From the NCBI RefSeq assembly GCF_964204865.1, contig NC_135255.1, positions 12,586,001 to 12,650,000 on the forward strand: 64,000 nucleotides of DNA, written 5' to 3'. Position numbers and translations under genes: made by a program. This document shows, one piece after another, positions 26,401 to 40,631 of the stretch. Each line of letters begins with the position of its first letter. The first letter of the stretch is position 1. Source of the DNA: Styela clava (taxonomy: Eukaryota). The notes below the pieces were generated by a model that saw nothing but the letters and a program-made list of their open reading frames with translations, was not told where the DNA came from and ran no database searches.

Positions 26401-29400
26401 TAAAATCACTAACCAAAGTACAGTAATCAGATTTTATAAAATCATACTCAACAATAGCAAGTAATATTAGGAAAACGCACATTTAGCTGAGCTTATCCAC
26501 AGAAATAAAAAATAGAAAACTGTTACCTTTTTTGCAGGGTCTTTGAGGTAAGTTTCAAAAATTAGGTCGAACCTTCGATTCCTATCGTACAATAATCTTA
26601 GTGCATGATAGAAACCAGCTCTTTCTACTAATTTCATTAAGTGAACACTGTCTTCCTCATTTCCAATAACTTCACTCTGTAACAACTCGACAAGAGCCTA
26701 CAAAAGACGGAAAAAAGAGTTCACTCACACGCTGATAAACTGTGACTAGTGATAAAATTGTTATATTTAGAATATTATTTAGATATAGAACTGATCCAGT
26801 GTTAGTGAAAGATTCTAAATTAAAGTCTCGGACCTTTTGTGGAAAAAATACCCTGTCACTTAAAATAAAAATTACTAATTATCCAGTTGGGGTTGAGAAT
26901 TATTTGTAAATTTGAACTCTCAGTGCATTTTGTAGTACTTAAAGCACGATCTGCAGTACCTGAAACATGGCGAGAGTGTTTTTCCCAAATCTTACATTTT
27001 TGCATTAATGGCGGGGTATTCCTGAAAAAGATCCTAAATTTTCAGCCCTTTCACAATTTACTTGGAAAAAAAGATTCATACTATACAGTTGAATAAACTT
27101 CTGCTGCTTCTAAATAGAACATTGACTAGAAAAAAGCTCCACATAAAAATTATGCAATATAACCAAATAGTTTTTTTATGAATTTTCAATATTTGAAGAC
27201 ACCCTTCTATTCTCTTGCCAACTAATTTTCAGAAGTATTTCCGACTGACCAAAGTTGGTATTTTGCTAATCGGTGCTGAACTAAACAGAAGAACTTAGTT
27301 GAGACTCAAGCTCTCACTTGCTGTCTTTCTTCATGTTTGGAACTTTCTTCTTGTGATGACAAAGGAGATGTTAAATATTCAACAATTTGTTGTATCAACA
27401 TTCTGTTTACTCTCAATTGCTGATCATCTTGACGTCTTGCAACTTGTCTCGCAAGAAATACGAAAAGAGTTCCAATTTGATCAGGCTATAGTAAAAAGTT
27501 TTATGTAATTGAAAACCAATGACGATATTATTAAATGAAAATATATATACAACCGGAAAATAGTGAAAATTGTAATGAATCACAGGGAATTCAGGAAAAC
27601 TGACTGATTTTGAAACAAAGCTAAGCATATGCAATATCCCATTATATTGATATTCAAAAATTCTTGACTCAACTTTTGCTAAATTTGTAGCCAAATTATG
27701 AAATATGCTGTAATTTACTATGCAAAATTTGAATACACACAGTTATTTAAATATCAATACTAAAATATAATTCAAGCAACTTTTTACTCACAGTAAACCC
27801 AGGTGTTTCCACCATTATTCTCAACAATATATCAACAAGTTGTTGAACTCTGCCACATCCCTTCTGACCTTGGAACTCAGGCTCAGAAAATGACTAATAA
27901 AGAAAAGAAAATGTTATCAATATCTAGGTATGTTTTGCCGTGTTATTTTATGACCTGAGTTTTTAAGTTTGGCAATTATTGACGTGTCACAAGCTTTGAG
28001 AGAATGAGGCAATAGAATAGAGGAGTTTAAGACCAGAAAAATCCCTCTCAAAATATTAACAAATATTGCAAAATCATGATGAAGTCGATTCAGTGTCCAA
28101 AAGTGATTTGACATCTTTCTATTCTTAGAAATTACATAAATAATATATATTATTTCACCAAAGAAAGAACATTCAGCATTTCTTGAGTAGAAAATTTCAA
28201 CAAGATAGCAAGAACTGGATATTCTTCTGTGAAAACGTTTAGTTTTGGTGTTGTCAGGCATCCATATATCTGAAACGGCAAAAAATAATCGGCAAAATTT
28301 TTTGACCAAAGATTTTTTAGAGATACTTACCAAGCATATACCGTATTTGTCCGATAGGATAAATCCTTACCTGTTTTTTGACAGCCATGGATGATTCTGG
28401 ATCCAGCATTCCACTTGGATATTGCACACCAGCAAAACAGCTACTTACATAAACTAATAGTTTGCTCCCTAGTTTTGTCATGTTATCTGAATAAAAATTT
28501 CAAGTTTATACTTTAAGTAACAACAAATTTTAAAGTTGCATGCTAACATTTAAATAATTTAAAAAAAGAAACAGATCAAATATAATATCTGACACCTCTA
28601 CCACATAAAAATGTGGAGTCAGAGAACATTAACACTTGACCCCAACTCATAGACATTTGAAAAACGATTCCAGATCTTAGATGAAAAAAAAATGGCTCCG
28701 CCACCATGTTAAACGAAATTGTGATTCCAATTTCAGCTTCGAATTGAACTCAGAGAACATCAAACTTGGCATTTGCAAGGCTTTTATTGTCTATTGAGAA
28801 TGCTTAAACAATTCAGTGCTTTTTCAGTTTCTGTTGCAAATTTTTTGACTCGCAATAATCAAATCGCCATAATCACCATCAAAGAAATTGAAAATAAGGC
28901 TTCAATCTTAGTAAAAAAGCATGCAAAAATCCTGTCTCCACTGCACAAATTCTCACAATAACCAATGTGGGAAACAAAATGAATTAATTTTCACAAGAAT
29001 ATCATCTCACCGCTCAATTGCTTTCCAATTGCCATTGCACTTGTTAACATACTTATCATTTCGACAAGAGGACCAACATAGTCAGACATAACTCTGTTGT
29101 TTATACTTAATATTGCATCATAAAGTCCATGGGACCAACAAAGACTTAGAACCTGAAAGATGAATGGTGGATATACATGAAAGTTGAAGACATTTTGCCA
29201 GCTTTAAATTAGTCTACATCACATTTTGAGTGAAGGATTGAAGGATGAACCATTTAAAAAAAACTGCTGACGAGCACTGATGTAGAAGTGTCTATCTATT
29301 ACTTTGTCTTACCTGATGTAGATCTAAACTTGCTACATCCAGATGTAAAAGACAAGCTTCAACATTTGATAACATATCTGAAAAATACAAAGTGATAGTG

Positions 29401-32400
29401 AATACCAGTCAATAAATATGATGCATTAACAGCAAATGACCAGTTTACCATGTATCTTTGTTAGGATAGGATTTATATATTTATCCTGGAGAGCAAAAAA
29501 CCAACAAAATTTAGGTTAGGTTTTTTCAGAGTTGAGGACTTTAGTCAATTGAAATCAAAATGCTTGTTAATCTGAAATTCGGAGTCAATTCAAAGCGGAT
29601 TTGAAAAAGGCCAAGTTTGTTTTAGAGTTGGGTGTAGACTTTCTCAGTTTCCGCAGCACTGATTCGAATTGATATACTTTTATCCTCTGATGCTTTCTTG
29701 TAATATGAATATCATATACTGATATTAAGTGATGATATGGCATAACTTGTGATATAAGAAATAGTTTTTACTTTTTGCTTCGTAATGTTTCACGAAATCT
29801 TGCATTACTATCGGACTGATTGTTTTTAGTCGATCATCAAGAATATATGGTTCGAGACATTCAAGAAACACAGTGTGAGCGATGCAGTCTGCCTTGAACC
29901 TTTCATATATTCTGTAGAAAATATTTAAACATAAAACAAGAGTGGTTCTGGCAGGGAAAACTATAAGATAATTCCTGATTTTTCCAATTATCAAGTGCTA
30001 CTTGAAAACACCTTATGAATAAATAGTTAAAATTAGCCAACTTAATAATAATGGTTGAATGTTAATATTAAAAATAATGGTTTGTGTTTTTTTGGGGATT
30101 GGAAATTTTTTCCCACAATGTACTTAGAATAGTAATTTAATTTAATTTACTTGCAATTGATTGCTTATCTTCATTTCTTAATTATACAGAACACAAGCAG
30201 ATATTAATTACTAATGAAACTTATATATATTTATACCTGTCACACAAAACATCAATTCTGTTAATATGAAGACAATGATCAACACAAACTGGAACAACAT
30301 CCTTGAAAAATGCAATCAATACCTGAATATAGACAGTTCGAATTAATGGACGATTCAAATTCAACATGTTTTATTGCATCCACAATACCTATAAAAATCA
30401 TTATAAACTTACCTCCAACTTTCCATTATCAGGACATAGTTTTGTCATTGAAAGATCCACATATTCAATTAAGATATCAAGAATCTGAAAGCGAAATAAA
30501 TATTAAACAAATAAGCAACTCTAATGTAAGTGGTACAGATATTGACCTCTGTGAGACATGGGAATTTGATTTCAATTTGGCCAGAAATTAAACAGAAAGG
30601 TATATCTCGCATATAAGCTGACGGCCCTAAAACGGTGAGTTTATATAATTTCGCATATAAGCCGATGCTACAAATCATACCACGCTGTACATATCACATC
30701 AAATGGTTGCAGAAGAGCATTAAAAACTATTACAGACTGTTATCGTTGTCATAGCGTACCAAGCGCTGCTTCGTGTATGTGCATGCACTTATCATAAGAA
30801 CTTAGCATGTTTCGAGTTGTAGCTATTAGAATTAAAATTAGCATAATGTCATTTCGTTTGAGTAGGATCAGAGTTATGCGCGTATAAGCCTACCCTCTTA
30901 GTTTTTTAGCTTATATGCAAGGATATACGTAATATAAAACCAAGCATCTCAACTCCATGAACATCTCCTACTTTGTAATGAACAATATCAAGAAGTAAAT
31001 ACAAACAAAAAAATATGAATCAGTACCATTTCGGAGACAAGTTGTCTTCTTTTTTCCTGATCTACAGGTAGTCCTACGATAAAATTCAACAAGGTAATTA
31101 TGAGGCTTTTTCAGAAAAAAACAGAATATGACGGTAAATCCGGTAATTTGCAGAATGAAACAAACCAATTAGAAGAAAAATTACTATTACAGAGAATGGC
31201 ATGTTATAAATATGTAATTATTAGATATTTAACTTGAACAATATTATGGGTGTTTTGATTCACAAATTTGAAATTTACAGTTACCCAGTACCAATATTCA
31301 AATTAATTGTGCCACATATTATCCAGCATTCAAAAATCAAAAAGATGAGTTTCAACATCGTACAACTGGCAAATCGTGTTGTATTTTTCTTCTGTGCGTA
31401 TGTAGCCTACATAGAAAATTCCTAAAATGCTTCATGACTAGTAAATAGCACAAATCAAAATAAAATACCGAGAACAGATTTGGCAGTTCCATTATAAAAC
31501 GTCAATGCAAGTTCCAAAGCTCTCTGATGTCCATTTGGCCAACCGAGTGATGTACGAATTCTATCGTTCCATTGTCGAACTTTGGTTGCATACACGCACA
31601 AGTCACCCAGAAGTAATACTGTACCGTTATAAGAAATCATTGAATGATAACATGTCTGTTCACCAATAGCAGCCTGAAATGTGACAAATTGTGTTAATGA
31701 TAAACGTTAATACGTCGGGTATAAACTGATCTATAATTCCTATTTCTCGATTCCAAAATTTTGTATTCGGGTGTAAACTTTTTCCAACTCCACAGTCCTG
31801 TTCGAACTAATAGAACATGAAAAATGATAGTTAGTCAAATTAAGATTATCATATATCAATACTTTATCATTTCAAAAACAAAGATAAATATCACATTCTA
31901 TTACAGTCTATCATTACTAGAAATGCAGTATTTATAAAATTTACTTATGCCAATACTGGAAATGGCCAAGATGACCTAGTTTTGTGATAAAATGGTGTGT
32001 TTTTGAACTAACCATGCATTCCGTGACAAATTTTAATTCCTCAAGTTATTGTATGAATTTTAAAACACAAATAAATACAACATTCATTACATTGATAATA
32101 AAATTATAAATATAGGTAAAGATCTGTTTATCTGTCTAAGATGTTTTTAAATTCGATTTCCTTTTGTGTATGCCAATTTCAATTATATTCTACTTTTATA
32201 GAATTACGAAATATTGTCTCTCAAGATTGTCCAACCATTTTTTGCCATTGGATAAAATGGAGTATATAATAAAAAATAGTTTCATCATACATGTAACGAC
32301 ATTCATACCAGTGCCTTGCTGACATTTCCTCCTGTAGCGATTGATTTGAAGGTAGCACTGCTGTATACCAAGTTGACGTTTTCCAATAAAATTGTTTCAA

Positions 32401-35400
32401 GTTCAGCTTGTGTTGCTTCATCCACAACATGCAATCTCTCTGTTGAGTCGAGACACAAAATGGTCTTTGTATTCAACCACTAAATTTTAAATAGAGACGC
32501 ATAAGAATAGAAAATAATATAAACAGGAAATATATACAAGAATAACATGACTACATGAGCTATTTCGATGAAAAGGCATATATATTTGTAGCTTTCGTTA
32601 GACCATAGCCGAAATTCTTGAAACAAAATTATCTTGTTCAAGTATCCTTGAGACAATTGCCACATATGGATGCGAAGTGGGAAATAAACAAGTAGAAAGG
32701 ACTTGCAGTTGAAAACACAATATATATACGACATCTGAGTACCTATGCGGACATCGTATCAAAACAGTGTGGTAGGTTTTAAATATCCTTTAAATGGATT
32801 TATTTCTTAGTAAATCATTACATTGGTCAATTTTACGTAAAATTTAAAGAAAATTATAACTTCATCTCAGAAGGACTGATTTTTTATTTCAAGATCGAAA
32901 TTCTAAAGTCTAGTAAAACTTATTCATTGGTTTCAAACCTCTTTCTAAACATGGATACGTGGCTAAACTTAATTACTGCTATACACAAGATGCAGAAACC
33001 CAAACCAAAAGACATTTTCTGATACGCCAGAGGTAAAATTTATTAGTCTTATAAGAAATTAAAACTTACTGCAACGTTAATGAGAGTATAAGTTGTGTTC
33101 ATAGTCCTGATGTGAGAAAATAGTATATTGTCCCAATTTTCATTTTTCACCTGATAATGAAATATAAAAACCATGATCATGTAACTGACGAAGCCTCTAC
33201 TCCATGATAAAAATTCAAATCAACAGAGAATATGACCGTAGGAAATTCACCTAAGCTTGCAGACCATCTGATTGATAATGAAATTAAATTATAAATTACC
33301 TATATTAGTGATGCATATCCTAATTGTTAGGTTTTCCAGAATTCTGTTTTGATATTGTTTCCAATTTCAATTATCTACTCCGAATCATTATCAGTAAAAT
33401 TATGATATAACATGTCATTGACTTAATCATAAACTTTATGAGAAATACCAATTTTCTCTAGATGTTTTAAAAAGAATTTTAAATTTCATTCACAATTAAA
33501 TTCTCTAGACATCTGTAATCACAACAGCAACAAAAAGTAGTCTGTGTCACTGATTGGTTCAAAAATCGGATCTTTTAAAAGGAAGATGTAAAAAAACTTC
33601 TACAAACAAGGTTGTAAATAGTCTTGTACCTGGAAAAAGTAAATGACATCTCCCCTTGCAAATAATAACACCGGATCAATAGACCTTGTGTTAGATTCAA
33701 CAAAAACAGACAATCGCCAACTGATAAGAGGTATGTTTGTCATATTTCTCTGCAAAATCAATATAAAATCAAATCAGTAAGCAACAAGTTACAGCATGAA
33801 GACATTCCCTAAAACTATGCTGGATTGAAATTGAAACTCTGAATCCTAATATAATACCATATTGGAAAAGCTTTTATAAACAAGTAGAAAAATATACAAT
33901 CATTTTCAGAATTGTTCTTGATATAAAAATAGACAGATGAATCATTTTACTTAGTAATTGTTGTTGTCTAAAAGAGTTGTTGTCTAAAAGTTTATTAATA
34001 GTTGAATATCGCAATGTTTTTCAGAAAGATATGCCTTTGATATATTTTATATCTTCTCCAGGCTTTTTTACCCCAAATTTTGCTAATCCAAAAAACACTG
34101 CATAAATTATTGGCAACAATCTCTTTATATCAACAATTTTTATTTTATTTGATGGAATAATTGATGTTATTTAATAGACTTTCATTCATATAATATAAAC
34201 AATACCGTACATTCAGTTGATGGCTGAAAAGAACTTTGATTTGTGGCCTCAATGACACAACAAGAACCTGTTAAAAAACATAGCATTGAATGACAAATTG
34301 ACTCCTTTATTTTCATCTATTATTTCATCAGTATATATTTTGGATGTGATGACAGGTGAATGGAAAAACAAATTGCTCATCCAATCATGAATGATCGTGG
34401 AGGACATGGTCGTGGAAACAAGATGTTATCCCAGGAATACATTGAAAAGGGACGAATCTCAATTTTTCGGATACATCAAAATGGCAGATATCACAATCAT
34501 AATTAAACAGAAAATTGTTGCCCGCTTAAATTTGATTAGTACCTTTAACTCCAAATAATAATTTCCTTGTTATAATGCGTTGATTTCAATTATTATCCTT
34601 TAGAAAAAATATCCAGCCTTGAATACAATAAACAACCATTCATTCTATGGCACAAGATACAGCATAGCAAAAAATTAAGAGTGATTTCTCACCTTTGTCA
34701 AAGTTCCCATTGCCAACAAATGTCTGTCTCTCAATGGATGATCAGCAATTGTTTTCAGAATATGGAGAGGTTCGATGGTGCATACTTCACCTCGACTGTC
34801 GATAAAAACAAACATACTAAATATCAAATTACAGCCATTGGTTTATTTTGCTGCTAACTTGAATAACTTAAAACATAATACATAAAATTGCACTGAATGT
34901 TAAAGGCGTTTAGAATAATGCTTTTTTCTGTAATAGACAATTCACAAATTCTATATTACTACTTCTTTTTGCATGATTTGGGGGCCTATTAGGGCCAGCT
35001 AACTACTAACCCATAGGTGGGTAACAGGGAGACCCCACTTATTATTTCGGTAATTCACCTAGTCACCAATTAATGCAAACTATGTTTTGGACATGAATTT
35101 CTCAAAATCGAATACCAGCAATTCCCACAGTTCTGATATAAGTGCTGTATGTGTTAAGCTCAACACCACACACAACAGCAATCAAAGAATTAAAAGACTA
35201 GCGGAAAAGATACAACAGTAAGTTTGTTATTAATGCAAACTTCGATTGTATATCTAAGACCCGTATTCTTTTTTATAATAATAAAAACATGCGTGGCCCA
35301 TCCCTGGTATAAATCAAGAAAAAAATGCCTCACCTGCCAGAAAACAAACACCTTGACTCACAAGACCTCACACCCATAACCCTCCTGAAAACAATATAAA

Positions 35401-38400
35401 ATAATTAAAAAACAAAACATACCTAATTTTAAACTTATAACCATTATTGATGAAACTCCACACAAACCTGAAATTCAATTCAAACACTGATCCACCACTG
35501 TCATTACAAACTGCTAATGTAGGATCATCAGTAAACTGAAAGAGAAAAACCCACATTAGATAGTATACAAAGCAAGCTTAAGGAACAGTTGTTCGCTAGC
35601 GAAATGAAGCAATAGGTATAAAAATAATAGTGAGCATAGCTATATATTTTTCAGAATGAATGACAAATACACATTAGAATATTTGTGTAAACACACATTG
35701 AAATCTAAGCCAGGGGTAGGGAGCTCATTCAGCTTTGGATTAGAAGTCCTTCAAAGTACCTAATCCTCAACTTTGAACACCAGAAATGGCTAAAACTATA
35801 TAAAAAAAACATCCCAAATATAAATTATTTTCGAACAGAAAACAAAAATGAAGATATGTGACAATTTAGAGAAGTTTTCATTCGTAATAACTTGAAATAT
35901 TAACAATAAAAGTCAAAACTTAAGCTTTTTTTTCATTTTGTTAGTCTACATATGTAGTAGTTGATTTCATTTCAACAATCCTTGACTAACCTTAACATGT
36001 AAAACAGAAGATCCTGGAGGATGAGCATCTGTTATTGTTCGGAGTAATTTCCCTGATTTCACGTCATACATGAGTATCTGTCCTCTTGCATATCCGACTA
36101 GTAGTCTGTCGCTATCCATATTGAATGCCAATGCAGTCACAGAACCATACTTGCTACCAACACTGACGCTACCCAACACATGAACTAACTTCTGATCATT
36201 ATCTGTGAGGAATATGAGACATAGTGGAGTTACGAATAGAATTTATGATAATCTATGAAGCTCTAGTCATACTGTAGATATGAATTTTAACTTACCAAAT
36301 ACTAAAGCAATTCCATGAGCAGTTCCAATGGCTATCAACTGAGAAACTGCCTGTAAAAAATATATTCAATCTTACAGTACTTTTACATATAAGAACCTAT
36401 TAAACATTCGAAAATGGCATATCTATATACAAAAATTGAATGTAACATTTTAAGATTTCTTCCATATTAATCTTTCCAATATATAAATATTTTAAATCTG
36501 TGAAGTGACTCTTCATTGAAAAGGGGAATTAAACTGTAAGAAACAGAATCCAAACAAAAACTTGTGACACAACTTCAGCAACCCGCAGTCCAAATAACGG
36601 AATTTCCCGTTAGGCTGCCTTTTCATCTAGCTAAAAATTTTACCTTATATTTAGATGTGAATTACAGAATTTAAGTAACTAAGACTGACTCCTTTCTTAT
36701 AACAACATAACATACCAATGATGTTGGCTTTCCAGCATTGATTCTATCAGCAGATGACATGATATGATTTGACAGAGCTTGCATTCGGTAAAATGCAAGA
36801 ACAGGTCCATGGAATTGTGGAGCATCTTTTTTCTTTACACTGAAACAATAAAAAACAAGCTTAATTTAGAACGAGGGGCCAGTCATGTCAGATGTATTTG
36901 CCAACCAAACAACAACCAAAAATACAGCACATGAATCCAACTTTTACTAAAAAGAATGGAGCTTGATCTTGTGAGTTGTGTCACTTCATACAATATAACA
37001 TATATAATTTTGGAAATATTCCGGAATTTAGCATAGTCAAATGTTTAGATTTTCACAAAATTCAAAATAGAAAAGTGAACTATTGACGAATAATACTTGC
37101 ACTAGACCCAGTAGACTGACTTCTACAGATAGCGATTTATTCCTATAACCATGAGAACCCATTACAATAGAAATATGCCTATAATGATGACAACCTATTG
37201 AAGATCTCATTCGGTTATTTTTCTTCAAAGACACGATATTAGGAAAAATTCATATTTGGTTCAATTCTAGATCACCTTCTGAGCTGATTTTATAATCATT
37301 TATTTTAATATCGTTGGTTTCATACCTTGAAGCCTGACTGTCTCCACTTTTGATTGATGTTGTTTCTAATGATTTCAGAACACTCAGGGATGCCATCTCA
37401 CTTTTCTTAAGATAACCATTTGATATGTTTTTCTCTGGAGTTCCTGACAAAATGTGAATAGTGAAAACAAGGTGCTATTGCACATAAGCTCATGTCAAAG
37501 AGAGAGAAGGCATGTATGTAACTAAGGAAAAGTTGAGTAAAATAGAATCAATAAAAATAGAGCGTACATTGGTGCTCATCTGACAAACATAGAAAAAAAA
37601 GTAAAGCATATTTTTCGCCCACAGCTTTTTGGATAATAATATGAAGAAACTAAAAAAAATGGGTATTAATAAAAATAGAACTAGACTTATTCGCAAAGTC
37701 TGCTTATTATGTGGGAAATACGGTATTCTTTTATAAAGATGATACATCAAATAGTGTAGTGAGATTCTTTATCAGTGTCACCTCACAATTTTCATATCAC
37801 CTGCTACAAGCGATAAAGTAACAAATCGCAAAAAACATATTCAAGCAATTATATAAATGTTGTTACCTGTAGATGTGGGCGAAAAACCATTGGTGATATT
37901 ATCCAACAACGACACATTATCTTCAGTCTCACTTTCAGCCTCTTTCAAAATACTTTCTAAGGAAGGTTCTTCAACATCAGGAATGTCAAACTCTGTTGGA
38001 TCAAGCTGCAAAAGAAATTGATTTGTAAACATTAACCCATTTTATACTCCATACATACTTATGATATATCCATAGCCAGATCTGTGACATTTAATCGAAG
38101 CTGACCTTTCTATAATTGATGGAGCTACCAGAAATTTTAGTGGCTTCAGCTCCCAACCATCGAATTATTTTTTCCCATGGCTATGAAGCCCAGCTCTGTA
38201 GTTAAAAAATGAAGCTCAGAGTCAGAGCCATTGTGATTTTTAACCAGTCTTTCAGTCCTGGCTTATATTTCAATGCTTGTTAATATAAATATGTAGCCTA
38301 TCTAATTATGCATACATATTGAAGTGTATTTAAAATTATTGTGTTGGGTCCATACACAAATGAGTACCATACGAGAATAACCCATTGTAATTTGAGGTCT

Positions 38401-38661
38401 GGAAAAAGAAGTTGATAACTACTGCAAAATATCAAAGTGTAAAAAATGGAATATATTTTACTCAACATAGCAGCTTGACCATATTAATCAAAATGACAAT
38501 TCATATAACCCTATTGAAAATCATGTAACTATTACTAGCAAATAACTGTAAAAGTAAACACTATATACAGAGAATATCTGTTAAATATAAAAGGACTTCA
38601 TCAAACTCACCTCTTCTAAATCTTCCAGAATATTCCCATTACTAGTTTCAAGCTTGTCCAT
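11443..38661 (-). CDS. VPS8: Vacuolar protein sorting-associated protein 8 (CORVET subunit), ~36 exons
   Basis: GT-AG exons traced by hand, phase-consistent where checked: ATG 38661 MDKLETSNGNILEDLEE; EFDIPDVEEPSLESIL; IAIGTAHGIALVF; LLRTITDAHPPGSSVLHVK; FTDDPTLAVCNDSGGSVFELNF; VFLECLEPYILDDRL; LCWSHGLYDAI; KLWFPLLD; GEIKEILLGMLETYQYEKTLL; CAAC..HESC; last exon 11556-11443 ending DFKLSVAAPARFF*. These match recalled metazoan VPS8 motifs. Confidence 0.93.
12531..12868. mobile_element. Tc1/mariner-pogo type MITE (TA TSD) in a VPS8 intron
   Basis: TACCATATTTGCTCGTTTTGTAGCCCG ... CGGGCAGTAAAACGATCATATACGGTA TIRs; internal GGCCCTTATTCAAG-like subrepeats. Confidence 0.7.
12950..13978. mobile_element. 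Non-autonomous hAT element in a VPS8 intron
   Basis: TAGGGATGGG...CCCATCCCTA termini; exact 8-bp TSD TAAAGAAT (12942-12949 and 13979-13986); subterminal GACTCGAATCCGAGTCC repeats. Confidence 0.88.
16491..17950 (+). mobile_element. Degenerate pogo/Tigger (POGK-like) DNA transposon
   Basis: Left TIR TACCGTATATCCTCGCGTATA. Broken transposase: MSYACSFKLKVVAAAKNTSNEEAAKNFGVDKSNIRRWRK (HTH), GNMDETPM, FTVVLSCTADGAKLPTMVIFKRK, KGWMDEE, LQPLDVSLNRPFK, IKKSFIKCCISNNLDG; multiple frameshifts and stops; right end approximate. Confidence 0.88.
18333..20250 (+). mobile_element. Degenerate piggyBac transposon, tandem copy A
   Basis: TTAACCTTTTTTTTCCG possible left end; DKLYKIRPLL, ISIDESLISFKGR, YNIHMGGVDLSDQ and C-terminal Cys-rich domain CAVC...MCIKCEVHLC...CFEEYH; fragmented by deletions and stops. 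Confidence 0.88.
20712..20803 (-). pseudogene. Duplicated 3' half of VPS8 exon 23220-23055 (pseudo-exon with intact donor)
   Basis: 20712-20803 is nearly identical to 23055-23146 and keeps the CAG|GTATA donor and the following intron sequence. Confidence 0.9.
20801..22610 (+). mobile_element. Degenerate piggyBac transposon, tandem copy B
   Basis: Highly similar to copy A (ORFs 20781-21296 and 21654-22097); right end CGGAAAAAAAAG-TTGA approximately complements the copy A left end. Confidence 0.88.
22620..23011. mobile_element. Tc1/Tigger-type MITE (second copy at ~20257-20668)
   Basis: TACGGTGATACC ... GGTATCACTATA termini with TA flanks; part of the duplicated unit. Confidence 0.65.
24961..25170. 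mobile_element. Merlin-like MITE, family B copy 2
   Basis: Reverse-complement homolog of 10126-10328; degenerate TSD TGAAAAAC/AAAAAAAC. Confidence 0.7.
25371..25673. mobile_element. hAT (Charlie-like) MITE
   Basis: CATTGGTTCTCAAAC ... GTTTTGAGAACCACTG termini; GC-rich subterminal motifs. Confidence 0.65.
30600..30931. mobile_element. pogo-derived MITE
   Basis: CTCGCATATAAGC subrepeats; right end GCTTATATGCAAGGATATACGTA resembles the reverse complement of the 16491 TIR. Confidence 0.6.
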
Positions 38662-38685
38662 CGTGCTACAATCAGATCATTTCAG

Positions 38686-38705
38686 CTATGGAGCAACATT
38701 TTATT
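38686..38705 (-). promoter_or_regulatory. SART1 poly(A) signal abutting a candidate VPS8 trans-splice acceptor
   Basis: AATAAA at 38705-38700; ttgctccatag acceptor with AG at 38687-38686 (alternative ttgtag at 38667-38666); VPS8 ATG at 38661. Confidence 0.55.
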
Positions 38706-38992
38706 TTAACTATCAAATAATAAATAATAAAAAAAGATCGAGCGTAATAAAGGTACAAACGTAGGATCTAAAAAAAGGACAACTAGATTGCGAAAACTTA
38801 TATCACAAAGTAAAATACATGTATAATGCATGTTATCATACCAAGATGTTATGGCAAAGTCAATTGTAATACACCACATCACACTCAATTTTCCTTGTTT
38901 TCCTGAAGCTATTCATAATAAATCTAAGATCAGAACCAGATAAGTTACTGCTTCAGATATCAATGAAAATAGGCAGTAATTTTACAAGCAAA

Positions 38993-39611
38993 AACCGCCG
39001 CAGTAAAACCAAAGTACTAATGGACTTTTAGGATTTTCTTTTCACTGTGGATCAGGGTCATCTTTTGGTCTAGGATTCAAATATGTACTTAAAACAAACC
39101 AGCTTATGTACAGTTTTTAAGCAAAAGTAATTGATCAAGAACTAATTTCTGTTACAGGCTGATAGACATACGACAATCATGTACGGTATATATAGCCACA
39201 GTAAAAACAAGATAGCCTAAGTCAAATTTTTTTAGAGATGGGCTTTTTTGATTTTTTATAACAAGCACCTGTTGTTTTTTGGATTCAATAGCTCGGCATT
39301 TGATGAGTGGAATATTGTGATACTATCCGACTTTCGAGGGTAGAAATAATGCCAATATGTCCTAATTCCAGTGTTGTTTTGAACCCTAAAAGATTTTAAA
39401 ACTTTGTCCAAAATGGGGGGTAGAATATATACATATAGTGGTGTGTTTTAGGCGTCCCCAAACACACAGTCTTAGGTGCCATATGTAATATGATGTTTTG
39501 TAAAGAATATCAGATTCCTATTTTACCACATTAATTACAGAACTGAGAATAACAAAATTGTGATTTTCTCAAAATGTGACATAAACTAACTTGGTTTTAC
39601 TGCGTCATGGT
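38993..39611. mobile_element. Old TIR element in the SART1-VPS8 interval
   Basis: CGCAGTAAAACCAA (38999-39012) and TTGGTTTTACTGCG (39591-39604) form an inverted pair. Confidence 0.55.
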
Positions 39612-40631
39612 GTAATAAGTAGAGCTGGGAATAGTGACCCGTTAACTACTATTAGATGGTTAATGGTTACAAGTAATTTTAAACATCAACAGACATCCAA
39701 AGGAAGTAAAATTAATTCGCATGTATCAGTATTAAAATTCCAAATAATTAATGTATATGAGTGACCAAGCAGATCGTCTAGTTAATAGATGGACATTTCT
39801 GATCCATATACAATTTTCAACATTCCAAACTAATATTTATGGCAAACAGTTTTATAATCATAACATAATATAATAAGTGATATTTCACCCAATTTTCAAA
39901 GGTAAAAGTGTTTTCATAATAACTCCCAGCCCTGGTAATGAGTCTTCTTATGTGCTATCAAACTAGATTGAGATACCTGTACAGTTAGTACTTCTGGTAT
40001 TACTTTCCTATGAAATTTGAAAAATTTACAACAAATATCTATACAACATTTCTAAAATAACTTATCAGTGTCTATTCACCATCACCAAATAATAATCTTT
40101 ATAACCCATACAAAATTCAATCTTGTTGATTGAGGCGAGAAATTTAGAACAGAATAGCAGGTTTAAAAATAATTAAAATATTATCATATTATGTCCGATA
40201 ACAACCACTGACAAAAGAATATCCTAATGCAAAACACCCAACATAAGCAGCGGATCACATGGTAATTTTCATTTTTAACATATAAATCAAGTCAAGTCAG
40301 GGCAGTTTCTAGCAGGGAGTACATTTCTAATGTTATCAAAACAAGAGTTGTTGTGGGCATGTTAACAATAATTTAGGCATTTAAAATGATATGGCCCAAA
40401 ATAACATCAAAAGATTTTCATAATATGATCTGCCAATCAACTGCTACAAAGAAGGCATAAGATAATCAGAATGACAAAGTTTATGGTACCCCTGCAAGTG
40501 TTTTGTAATAGGTATTGGAAGCTGCAATGATTTACGGCTCAACAGAATGTCCCGACAACAACACAAAAATATTGATTTGCATCGATGAAAATTGATTTCA
40601 TTTTTCATATGTCTCACAATTATAATACTAA